From the NCBI GenBank assembly GCA_000004695.1, contig CM000150.2, positions 4,224,001 through 4,288,000 of the forward strand: DNA of 64,000 nucleotides, in the 5' to 3' direction. Positions 1-11,322 of this stretch are shown one piece after another. The DNA comes from Dictyostelium discoideum (lineage: Eukaryota). The notes below the pieces were generated by a model. It did no database searches. It saw only the letters and a list, made by a program, of their open reading frames with translations, and was not told where the DNA came from. Position 1 is the first letter of the stretch; each line of letters opens with the position of its first letter. Position numbers and translations under genes: made by a program.

Positions 1-477
1 ATGATGTTGTAGTGTTGGTTGTACCATTTGATTGTAAAATTGGTGAAGTTGATGATGATTGTCCATTAATTGTTGATGTTGATGGTTGTTGCTCACCCGA
101 TGCATCTTTTGATGATTCTGCTCTTGGTGTTGTTAATGATGATGTTGATGTTGATGTTGATGATGAAATTGATCCTGTATCATCTTTTGTTTCTGTTGAA
201 TATTTAATTGGTTGATTTTGAATAATCTAATAAATAATTATTAATTAGTGTTTGAATTGAATTTTTTTTTTTTTTTTTTTTTTTTAAAACTTACAGATAA
301 TGGTCTAGTTTCAATTGTAATTAAAGATGATGGAAAAATACCAACTTTACCATCAAGTTTACCTTTAATAAAACCATTTTCAGTTCTTTCTAAAAATTCA
401 ATTCTTTGACCTTTTGTAAAAGATAAATGATTTTCTGATGGACCTTTATAATCACCAGTTGCTACTAAATATAACAT
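1..477 (-). CDS. SH3 domain-containing protein, partial (the 3' part runs past the window start)
   Basis: The minus-strand ORF 295..477 encodes a canonical SH3 fold signature (MLYLVATGDYKGPSENHLSFTKGQRIEFLE...NGFIKGKL.GKVGIFPSSLI). The exon ends at a TCT|GTAAGT donor (GT at 294-293) and the acceptor AG is at 228-227. The downstream exon 1..226 is an open Ser/Thr-rich frame (..TETKDDTGSISSSTSTSTSS..GEQQPSTSTINGQSSSTSPILQSNGTTNTTTS) that runs off the window. The start is uncertain, because the ATG at 477 lies immediately after a poly(A) run. Confidence 0.55.
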
Positions 478-810
478 TTTTTTTTTTTTTTTTTTTTTTT
501 TTATATTACAATTTATTTAATTACTATTACAATTTGTTGTTTTTTATTTATTTGTTGGTTGTATGAAAAAAAAAAAAAATTTTATAAATGATTTTTTTTT
601 TTTTTTTTTCGAAAGTTAATAATAACCCAGTTGTGGGGGGGTTTTTTTTTTTTTTTTTCTTTTTTTTTTTTTTTCTATTAATAAGTGACTTTTTTTTTTT
701 TCGGATATTTGATTGATTTTGTTTTGTGGTAATATTTTTATTTTTTTTTTTTTTTTATTTTGGTTTATTTTTATTTTTTATTAAATAATTTTTTAAATGA
801 TGATACAATA

Positions 811-1392
811 TCCTGAAAAAAAAAAAAAAAAAAAAAAATTAAATAATCTGTTTTCTATGAGGTGTAAAAATAAAAAAATAAAAAAAAAAAAAAAAAGTTT
901 TGGAGTTTTTTTTTTTTTTTATTTTTTTTATTTTTTTTATTTTATTTTTTTTTTATTTTTTTTTTTCCACGTTATGATAGGTTAATTTTTTTTTTTTTTT
1001 TTTTTTTTTATTTTTTTTTTTTGAAATTTAAATAATCATAACAACAATAATGATGGGATATTAAATAAAAAAATAAAAAATAAAAAATAAAAAATAAAAA
1101 AAAAAAATAAAAAAAATAAAAAAATAAAAAAATAAAAAAATAAAAATAAAGTTAATAATTTACAAATTCAAAAAATATATATAATATAATTTGGCACCCC
1201 ACTTATTTGCTCTTTTTTTTTTTTTTTTTTTTTTATTTTCAATGATGCCCACATCCTTAGATATTTTTAAAATCCGCTTTTTGAGAATTTTTAATTCAAA
1301 GAATTTGTGATAGTGTTGAGAATTAGATTATTAATTAAATTTGAAACAAACAAACAATATTAAAATTAAATTATCTAATTATTTTTTTTTCT

Positions 1393-1423
<31 letters not shown>

Positions 1424-2340
1424 TATGAACTTCAAAAAAAAAAAAGAAAAATAATATAACCAATATAAATACTTTTTGGTTTTTTATTTATTATCTTAAA
1501 TATATTTGAACATATCAAAGGTTATAAAAAAAAAAAAAAAAAATTAATATAACCTCATGAGGCCCAACTTAGATAACCTAATTTATTTTCTATTATTATT
1601 TTTTTATTATTTTTTTATTATTTTTTTATTATTTTTTTATTATTTTTTTTAAATTGACAATCACACATACACACACACCATTTTATAAAATATTTAATTA
1701 CATAAAATTTAAGGTTCATTTTTTTTTTTTTTTAATATTTATTAATTTTTATTATTTAATTTATTAATTTATTATTATCAAAGTATTTTCCATATAAAAA
1801 TAAAAAAAAAAAAATTCAGAGTTTTAGTCCCAATGAAAATTTTAAAAACTACTAATATCTCTTCCCTATGAAAATATAATAAAAATAAAATAAATTTAGT
1901 TAGTAATAATTAAAAATACTATTTAATAATATTAATAAATTATTTGATACCAACAAATATTAAAGTACGCATCCAGTCAAAAGGTACTTGTATTTTTGAA
2001 CGTAAAGAACCTAATCTAGTTAAATATGCACTCCTCCAACTAAAAAATTTTTAATTAGTATTTTTTTTATTTTTATTTATTTATTTATTTGAAAACTTAC
2101 GTAATAAAACCAATAAAACCACTTAAATCGAAGAAATCAGTTTGTAAAATACCACTTTTTTTACCAGTATAAGCTAATAAACCTAAAAATTTAAAAGCAA
2201 ATGGTTTTGGTGGATTTGGATTTAACTTTTCAAGATTATTAAATTCTTTTGCTAAATAAACAGCAGATTGTGAAGCTACTTGAGCAGTTGGTGGATAATT
2301 TTTATTTTCAACATTTGCACAATCACCAAAACTAAATACA
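811..2340. repeat. Segmental duplication copy A (the source copy). It holds the 3' flank, last exon, last intron and 3' end of exon 2 of the NDH-2 gene.
   Basis: At the start of this block, 'atcctgaaaaaaaa..ttaaataatct..atgaggtgtaaaaataaaaaaa' is shared with 9897..9960. Near the other end, 'cagagttttagtcc(c)aatgaaaattttaaaaactactaatatctcttccctatgaaaatataataaaaataaaat' and 'aaagtacgcatccagtcaaaaggtacttgtatttttgaa(c/a)gtaaagaacct' recur near-identically at 10480..10700. The exon copy 2051..2340 corresponds to 10751..10990. Copy A carries about 340 bp (about 960-1300) that copy B lacks. Confidence 0.7.
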
Positions 2341-3177
2341 TTTGAATAGTTTTTAACACGTAAATGATCATCAACAATGATTCTATCATGGCTATCCTTT
2401 TCAAATGATGAGTTTTTAACAAGTGGATGTTGACCTATACCAGTTGACCAAACTAATAAACCATATGGAATTCTATCACCATTATCCAAAATAACATAAT
2501 CTTTCAATACCTCCTTTACCGAACTATGAGTTCTGACATCGATGCCGGAATTTCGGAAATTTATCAACGCCTTTTTCACCAACTTCTGGTCGAACGTACT
2601 CAAGATTTTACCCGATGCCTCCAATAGAATGATTTTCACTTCATTTACTGGCACGAATGGGAAAAGTCTTGACAAATCTTCACTAAAGAAATCATTTAAT
2701 TCAGACGTGAATTCTATACCTGTAGCACCACCACCGACGATAACGAACGATAATAGTCTTTCACGTTCTTCAGTTGAAACATCTGGCAATGATGCACGTT
2801 CAAAACATTCTATAATCTTTTGACGAATTTCTCTGGCATGATGAAGTTCTTTTAAAAAGTTGGCATTCTCTTCAACACCTTTAATACCAAACGTATTATT
2901 TCTACTACCAACACCAATCACTAATTTATCATATTTCATCTCAAATGGTTTCTCATTATGAAATGTTGATTTCACCAGTACACTATTATTTTCTGGATTA
3001 ATTGATGTAACTGATGCTTGAATATATTTAAATTCATTAATATCTCTTGTTGTTCTAACTGGTTCTGCAATTGATCTAAATTCTAATGTACCAACTGCTG
3101 ATGATGTTAATAATGGTGTAAATAAAAAATGATTTCTTGGTGAAATTACTGTAATATCATATTTTATTGAATTTACT

Positions 3178-3216
<39 letters not shown>

Positions 3217-3446
3217 TAATAAATTAATAAATAAATAATATTAAATTTCTTTTAATTATTAATTTATTATTTACAATTTTTTAAAAATGAATAAGATCCC
3301 CAACCACAACCTAAAATAATTAATTTTTCATTTTCAATAACTTTTCCTCTTTTTTGTCTTCTTATAATTGCTTTTTCCAATGATGATTTTGTTAAGTGAT
3401 CAGAAATATAATTTCTTCCTCTAATAATTAAATTTTTTAATCCCAT
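1940..3446 (-). CDS. Type II (alternative, rotenone-insensitive) NADH:quinone oxidoreductase, NDH-2/Ndi1-like
   Basis: Three-exon model on the minus strand: 3275..3446 (ATG; MGLKNLIIRGRNYISDHLTKSSLEKAIIRRQKRGKVIENEKLIILGCGWGSYSFLKN, the first dinucleotide-binding GxGxxG), 2101..3175 (ISPRNHFLFTPLLTSSAVGTLEFRSIAEP..., second Rossmann motif FVIVGGGATGIEF, ..GDCANV..) and 1940..2039 (TWRSAYLTRLGSLRSKIQVPFDWMRTLIFVGIK*, the typical NDH-2 C-terminus). Donors are GTAAAT (3274-3273) and GTAAGT (2100-2099). Acceptors lie at 3177-3176 and 2041-2040. The phases are 1, 2 and 0, and the sum is in frame. Confidence 0.85.
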
Positions 3447-3711
3447 TTTTTATTTATTTTTATTTTTTTTTATTTTTATTTATTTTATTGAGTTGTAAAA
3501 AAAAAAAAAAAAAAAAAAGAATTTGAAATTGTAATTATTTAGAAAATTTTTTATTTTGTTGTTTTGTTTTTACTTTTTTTGTAATTTGAAATTGTGTGAA
3601 CATAAGGTGTTTTTATTTTTATTTATTATTTTTATTTTTATTTTTTTTTTTTTAATTATAAAAAAAAAAAATGAAATTTAATTAAAAAAAAAAAAAAAAA
3701 TTAAATTAATT

Positions 3712-3752
<41 letters not shown>

Positions 3753-4147
3753 AATATTTGCAGGTTGTTGTTTTTGGTGGTGTAATGAGTGTGTCATGAT
3801 GTAATATTGATTCAATTTTTTCCAAAAATTTAAGAAATGAAAATAGAATATTTTTTTTTTTTAATTTTATTTTAATATAATTAAACAAACTCATTAGACC
3901 TGGTTTATTTTTGATTAAGCTCAATTGCTTGTTGATGATTTAATTCGTAATATTACGAATATTTTGAAAAATATCCAATGATTGAGGGTACTAGAAAAAG
4001 AAGAAAAATTAAAAAAAAAAAAGCAAAAAAAAAAATCTTTAAAATAATTATTTTTAATATTTTTAGTATTATAATAATACACTTTATTGAGGAGTTTTTT
4101 TTAATTTTCTACTAACAGAAGCAATAAATTGCTTTTGTTTTCTATTT

Positions 4148-6727
4148 CTAATTATAGGTTATAGATATTATAATTACAAGTAAAAATGCAACTGAACCAA
4201 TAATAATACCAACCAATTGAGAAGTACTTAAACCATCAGATGATGAATTATTACAAATAGAGGTGGCGCCATTAGATGATGCATCATTGAAATCTAATAA
4301 CACACTGAAATCTGGATCAATTATAATTTGATTTTTAAATTGTGGAACTGTAATAGCTATATATGTTTGAATTGAAGATGCTGAATTGATTGAGTTTAAT
4401 GATGAATCTAATAGTTTATTTGACACACTTCTAAATTCACCATCTATAATTGCACGTTTAATGAATCTTCCATACAATGAATGATTATCTATTTGAATTT
4501 TTAAAAAATTTGAATTATCGCCTGTACTTGTATTACCAAATTGTGTATTTGAACAAATTTCATTGGTTTTAGATGATTCAAATGATGCAAACATTATTAA
4601 TTGAAGTTGATTTAATGCATTTGCAAATTTATATTCACCAGTGACCTCTATTGTATATTTAATAGTTGAAGGGTTCATTGTTAATTTTTGATTTGCAAAT
4701 TCAATATCAGTACTAGTGTTAAACCATTCCAATGTAGCTGTTATATTGGTATTTAATACTGATGTTTTATATTGATTCTTTAGTTCTGTAATTGGTGTAT
4801 AAATCCATTTATCAAATATATGGTTTGTAACTTGTTTTTCATTGAAATCTATTTCTCTTATTGATACTAATGATATTAATGATTTAAACAATACTTCTGG
4901 CAATTCATTACTAATAGAACTGTTTTCGTCAATTGGTATTGTTGGTATTACAACTGATGGATCAGTATTGTTAATAACTGGTGGTGGTACAATGATTACT
5001 TTAGAACTACAATCCAGACCGATCCAAGGTGATACGCAAATGCAACCAGTTCCCACTGCTGAACAATATCCTTGCTTTTCACCACCACACATAGGCTTAC
5101 CTGGGCAAGGTTGAGGTGGATTAGTTGGGATTGGTGTTGATGGAGTTGGTGTAGATGGAGTTGGTGTAATAGGTGGTTCTATATTTGAAGGTGTTAAATT
5201 AAAATAAACTGGAGAAACTCTAAGTTTATTGGATTCAATAGTTGAGTTTGATATTACTAAAACATCAAATAATTTATCATTTGGAATAATATTTGAAATT
5301 TTAATACCTGATGAACCATAAAAAGATATTGATTCAATTCCCAATGTTTGATTTATAGATTCTGTATCTACATCTTTTATTAATACTTTATTAATGTTTG
5401 ATAATGATCTTCCTAAAATGGTTAACTCTTTATCATCGGAATAATACTTTAAATTTGAAGTCAATATTGGTTGATCCACTGTCATAGATGTACTTATATA
5501 ACCTTTTGATGAAGTGGATAATAAATCAACAGTTGAGAAACCATGATAATGACCTCCATTATTAATAATACCATAAACTGACAATATTATTTCACCTGGA
5601 TATCCAAAACTTAATGGTAATTGAGTTGTACATGTATATTTTGCATATGTGATATTACTACCATCTGTTAATTTTGATACACATTCAAAAGATTCCAATC
5701 TTTTAGAAGTCATGTAAATTATTGGTGATTGATTTTTTCTAATACCACTTTGGCTTGGTATAATTTCAAAAGTAAAAGTTACAGATCTATCTATTAAACC
5801 AACATCAATAATTGATTTTGATGATGTAAATGATAGTAAAACTGGTTTTGAGGGATCCTCAGGAAAAGATGGACACAAAACTGATACCATGGTCATCAAA
5901 GAATAACCTCCATCTTCAGAGTTTTCATATAAATACATAAATGGGTTTATTAGAGGAGAGAAACCTGTATACGGTTCAAATTTAGAAAGAATTTGGTTTG
6001 TATCATATAGTTCCACATAAACTATTTGGTATTGTTGAGAAGAACATGGGGTTGATACTGGAATTAATAATTGATATACTCCTTCAAATTTATTACCTGA
6101 AATGAAATCATTAAAAGTAAAATTGAAATTAAATGTAGAACTATCTAAAGATCCCATTACTTTAATATAACCACGATCAAAACCATTGAGATAATCTGTA
6201 ATAGTAAAATTCCAACCAACAACACCATTTACATTGTTTAAATCAAGTAATGTTTCATTTCCAATAGTTTCAATCTTTGAGAATATAGGTCCTTCATTAT
6301 CTAAAACTATATATAAATCAAATGTTAGTTGTTTCATGAATATTTTGATTAAATATATAGTTATGTATGATATGGAAATATACACATACCTGTACTATTA
6401 ACCATTAATTGAGTTGAATTTGGTGCATTATTTAAAAAAAAACCAGAAAGTGAATGTTGAAAGTAAAAGAATATTTCACCAAAAATATTATTCTTTTTTA
6501 CAATAAATTTACTTGTAAATAAACCCAAGGTTGAATTGTAAATAATTGGATTTGTATCAATGCTAGTCTGTGTTATTACATCCAATATATATGAAGATAA
6601 AAGTAAATCTTGAGGCATTTTAGAGGAATTTATATATGCAATTATGTAATTATCTTTATCAATTAAATCCAATTCATTGGTTGAAAACCAAAGATCATCA
6701 AAATATGTATGATCTAAAGCTATAGTG

Positions 6728-6777
<50 letters not shown>

Positions 6778-7907
6778 ATTATTAATATTTGAATTCAAAT
6801 TAAATGAATAATAAATAATACATACATTTTAATAAAAGTGGGTTTTCAAATCTTAATATTGGATTAAATGAAATAATATCACCAAGTTTATAGTAAATTT
6901 GAAAATTTAAAGTATCGACCAATTTAATATATTCAAATACTGCATCAATTACTATTTCAAAAGTACCTTTGTAAATATCACCTTTGACCAAATTATCTAA
7001 ACTTTTAGAAACACTAGAATCAATAGCAAAATACTGTATCCCATTAATTGAAGTAAAATCGATTGATAAAATAAAAACAAATCCTTGAACCCTTATAAAT
7101 TTATATGATATCATTTGAGGTGGATTATTTACAACATTTTCACTGCTATCTATTATCAGACCGGGTGGACCATCACCAAGATATGGTGTCATGAATGAAA
7201 AACTGGTTTTCTCCTTACTATCTATATATTTTTGAAATGTAATTGAACGAGTGTGATTTAAATTATTACCTGATAAAAACCCAAAAGGCCATCCAATTAT
7301 TGAATTTCTATAATTAAAAGAATATAAAGTTGTTGTAAATTTAAAAGGTGATGTATTATTAAATGCTATTGAAAACAATGGTATTGGGTTATCTTGTAAT
7401 TTACTTTCCAAAACATTTATATTCAATAATGGTAATTTAAACCCTAAGTAAGTAGAAATAATAATGAACAAACAATAATTAATACCCATTTAAAACTATA
7501 TTTTTAAAAAGTAGTGATCCAAACTAATACAAAATTATAATAATTACTTTTAAATTTAGTTTTTATAATTGAATTGGTTATTGAATATTTATTTGCTATT
7601 GATAATGAATAATTGTGATAATCTTCAGTTATTTGGTTAAACATATAGGAAACATATGTCATATTTCCTTTAATACCTTTGATTGGTTTTAAAGGTGCTA
7701 ATGAAGTGCATTCAAAATCAAAACATAAATAAAAATATGGTTTTATAATTTCAGATTCAATTTTTACTTTAACAAATGGTGCATTATAGGAACCAAAATC
7801 AGTAAACATTGGGTTACTACTATTTAAACCTGATGGATAAAATGAAATTTCACTTGGTTGATTTGGTAATTCATTTTCTTGAACTTTAAATTATTTAAAT
7901 TTAAATT

Positions 7908-7979
<72 letters not shown>

Positions 7980-8826
7980 TTCTATTATTTTAAAAATGAT
8001 AAAAATAATAAAAGTAGAAAAAATACCTACAATAATCCCAATATGACCTTGAAGTAATGTTTAAAGTTTTACCATTAGAAAATGAAAGTAATCTATTCCA
8101 TTTATCAGTAAGAGATTTACCTTGATTGGTAGAATCAGCACCCCATACCATAAAAAAATAATTTTTGAAACCTGTGTACACAAGATCACCTTGAGATGAA
8201 ATTGCTAAAAATAAATCATTGTCTTCTTCTTTTACAGGAAAAAGTGAATAAAATCCATCATTAAATACAAAAGGAACAACATCCAACTCTACTACTTTAT
8301 TTTCTTTTAATACATCTTTTTTTTTTTAAAAAAAAAAATAATAAATAAATAAAAACAATAAAAACATTAGTGATATTGAGTCTATATTAACGATAATGAT
8401 GATAATAAATATAAGAAAAAAATAAAATAAAAACTTACTATTACAAGTTTGATTTAATTGATATATTGTTTGAACTAAATTGTTTGATGTAAGTGTTAAA
8501 TTTATAATGAGTGATGTATCCATTTGAACTTGTAGATTGTAAGAATATAAATAAGTTGAATTGTCATTAGAAGATTTTAATAAACTTGGTATGCTTGAAG
8601 TTGTTTTAAAATCTGATAAATAACTACCAAGACCGCCATTATTAAAAACTAAAATTTGATATTCAATTAAACAATAATTTACATAAGATGAAATGAAATT
8701 TTTTGAATAATTTGGATTTTCAATCGATAATGATAATGTGTTACTTGTTGTTATTTCTATTAATTGACTTTTATTAACATTTATAAATAATAAATAAATG
8801 AATAATAATATTAAATTTATTTTCAT
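4148..8826 (-). CDS. Large type I membrane glycoprotein with an EGF-like Cys-rich module. Paralog 1 of a pair; the other copy is at 32212..36120.
   Basis: Predicted six exons on the minus strand: 8439..8826, 8031..8315, 7548..7883, 6826..7443, 6390..6719 and 4148..6306 (1371 aa). The N-terminal signal peptide is MKINLILLFIYLLFINVNKS. The EGF-like module is CPGKPMCGGEKQGYCSAVGTGCICVSPWIGLDCS, with a Pro/Thr linker (PPITPTPSTPTPSTPIPTNPPQP). There are many N-glycosylation sequons. The C-terminus reads ..IIIDPDFSVLLDFNDASSNG.., followed by the transmembrane segment LVGIIIGSVAFLLVIIISITYN. Donors are GTAAGT, GTAGGT, GTAATT, GTATGT and GTATGT. Every junction is phase 1, which is consistent. Confidence 0.7.
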
Positions 8827-8873
8827 TTTATCTATAAATTTATAATACTTTATTATTTTTATTCACTATTTGA

Positions 8874-8905
<32 letters not shown>

Positions 8906-9031
8906 AGCTCATTTTTTTAGAAACCAGACCGAATTCTCATTTTAGATATTTTTTAAAAAAAAAAAAAAAAATCAGGAGTAGTATTATTTTTTTATTCGAT
9001 GCCATTCCCCTTATAAAAAATAATTATTTTT

Positions 9032-9079
<48 letters not shown>

Positions 9080-9437
9080 TTAATCTAAGATTACCAGTGC
9101 CGCATAAAATAGGTGACAAACCCACCAGTGCTGCATAAAATTACTTTTCACCTCTTTAATGTTGAAATTTTTAAATCCAACCAACCTTATTTTTTGAAAC
9201 TGTGGTATAAAATTTGACGTAAATTTTCTTTCTTTTTTTTTTTTTTATTTAATTTTCTTTGAACGTGTATATTCAAAGCATATACTGATCAAATTGGCTA
9301 TATCACTTTTGATTTAAATATTTTCTTGAATAACAGTAAACGCTCATATGGAAAAAAAAAAAAAAAAAAAAGTTTGTAGGTTGTTATTGATGTAATGAAA
9401 TTTTGATTTCGTAAAAAATAAAGAAATAATTTTTTTT

Positions 9438-10990
9438 TTTTTTTTATCATAACCAAATTTTCAATTAACCATTAAACAAAAAATAGATTGAAAATCTAGA
9501 AAGCTTTCCATCTTCATTTAATTGAATTGAGAAATCGAAACCATGTTCAGAATGTGTTATTCTACAATTTTGTGGTTAAAAATAAAAATAAAATAAAAAC
9601 TTCCTGTCAATCCATAAAAAAAAAAAAAAAAATTTGAAAAATTAAGAAAGAAAAATGTTAAAAGTTTTTTTTTCTTTATACATAAATATTTTTCTTTATT
9701 GCTATTTTAAAAAATTATATGATGAAATTATTTTTCAGTTTCAAATGAAGTTTGAATTGATTAAATAGGTTATTTTTTTATTTTTATTTTTATTTTTTTA
9801 TTTTTATATTTATTTTTTTATTTTTATTTTTATTTTATTATAAACGAATAAAAAAACCCTCTTTTAAAGTAAATTTTAACTTATTCGTCCATAGTATCCT
9901 GAAAAAAAAAAAAAAATTAAATAATCTATGAGGTGTAAAAATAAAAAAAAAAAAAGTTTTTGAGGGTTTTTTTTTTTTATTTATTTTTTTAGAATTAGAT
10001 TATTAATTAAATTTAAAATAAAAAAAAAAAAAAATTAATTATGAACTTAAAAAAAAAAGAAAAATAATATAAATAATTAATTTTTAATAATGTTAATATA
10101 AATTTTATATTAACATTATTAAAAATTAATTATATTATTTTTCTTTTTTTTTTTTATATTAAGTATTTAATACTTTTTGGTTTTTTTTTTTATTATCTTA
10201 AATTAAAAAAATATATTTGAACATATCAAAGGTTATAAAAAAAAAAAAAAAAATTAATATAACCCATCGTGAGGTCCGACTTAGATAACCTAATTTATTT
10301 TCTATTATTATTTTTTTCATTATTTTTTTAATTGACAACCATACACACACACACCATTTTATAAAATATTTAATTACATAAAATTTAAGGTTCATTTTCT
10401 TTTTTAATATTTATTAATTTTTTTTATTTAAATAATTTTTTATACCAAAGTATTTTCCATTTAAAAATAAATAAAAAAATCAGAGTTTTAGTCCAATGAA
10501 AATTTTAAAAACTACTAATATCTCTTCCCTATGAAAATATAATAAAAATAAAATTTAGTTAGTAATAATTAAAAATACTATTTAATAATATTAATAAAAT
10601 ATTTTATACCAACAAATATTAAAGTACGCATCCAGTCAAAAGGTACTTGTATTTTTGAAAGTAAAGAACCTAGTCTAGTTAAATATGCACTCCTCCAACT
10701 AAAAAATTTTTAATTAGTATTTATTTATTTATTTTTTATATTTTTATTTATTTATTTGAAAACTTACGTAATAAAACCAATAAAACCACTTAAATCAAAG
10801 AAATCAGTTTGTAAAATACCACTTTTTTTACCAGTATAAGCTAATAAACCTAAAAATTTAAAAGCAAATGGTTTTGGTGGATTTGGATTTAACTTTTCAA
10901 GATTATTAAATTCTTTTGCTAAATAAACAGCAGATTGCGAAGCTACTTGAGCAGTTGGTGGATAATTTTTATTTTCAACATTCGTACTAT
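9438..10990. repeat. Segmental duplication copy B, made of flank module F (9438..9897) plus a copy of the A segment
   Basis: 9897..10990 matches 811..2340 at about 95% identity, with indels. 9438..9897 matches the inverted 18480..19055. Copy B ends abruptly at 10990 inside the exon-2 homology. It also carries a roughly 90-bp palindrome at 10059..10150 that copy A lacks. Confidence 0.7.
10620..10990 (-). pseudogene. Truncated NDH-2 pseudogene fragment (copy of the last exon, last intron and 240 bp of exon 2)
   Basis: 10751..10990 matches exon 2 of the intact gene at 2051..2340, including the GTAAGT donor. The copy carries non-synonymous changes (..FGDCAN.. becomes ..FGDSTN..). The homology stops at 10990, so it has no upstream exons and no start codon. 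Confidence 0.65.
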
Positions 10991-11260
10991 CACCAAAACT
11001 AAAAAAAACAATTATAAAAAATTAATTATAAATAATTAAATGCAAGTAGTGATTAAAAAAAAAATAAAAAAAATGAATAAAAACAAAGAAAATATTTGTT
11101 TTTTAACAACGATTTAGTTTTAATTTTAATTTTTATTTACTGTTTTATTAATTATTTTACTTTAAAAAAAATTTCACTATTTGTATTTTATTATTATTAT
11201 TATTATCTATATATTTATATTCATTCATTTATTTATTTATTATATATTTTTTTTATTATT

Positions 11261-11297
<37 letters not shown>

Positions 11298-11322
11298 TTT
11301 ATTTTTTTTTTTTTTTTTTTTT

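Noticed and set aside
12-215. Asp/Val-rich ORF at the window start (GTG start)
   Set aside because: It is antisense to the Ser/Thr-rich exon of the SH3 gene and uses an alternative start. The ORF track also uses TTG/GTG starts elsewhere, for example at 7990..8286, 36927..37361 and 42621.
1196-1215. 'ggcaccccacttatttgc' and 54930 'tcccccactaat' as DUSE-like ncRNA promoter elements
   Set aside because: Each has a mismatch or insertion relative to the CCCAYAA core as I remember it, and no obvious ncRNA lies downstream.
2542-2823. 93-aa plus-strand ORF antisense to NDH-2 (and the similar 35030..35290 ORF inside the 34054 exon)
   Set aside because: Both lie exactly in the GC-rich codon patches of the sense genes, where stop codons are rare on every strand. 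There is no independent support.
9094-9140. The 19-bp direct repeat 'accagtgc(c/t)gcataaaat', two copies
   Set aside because: It is too short and isolated to interpret. It may be a promoter element of the 8826 gene but is untestable here.
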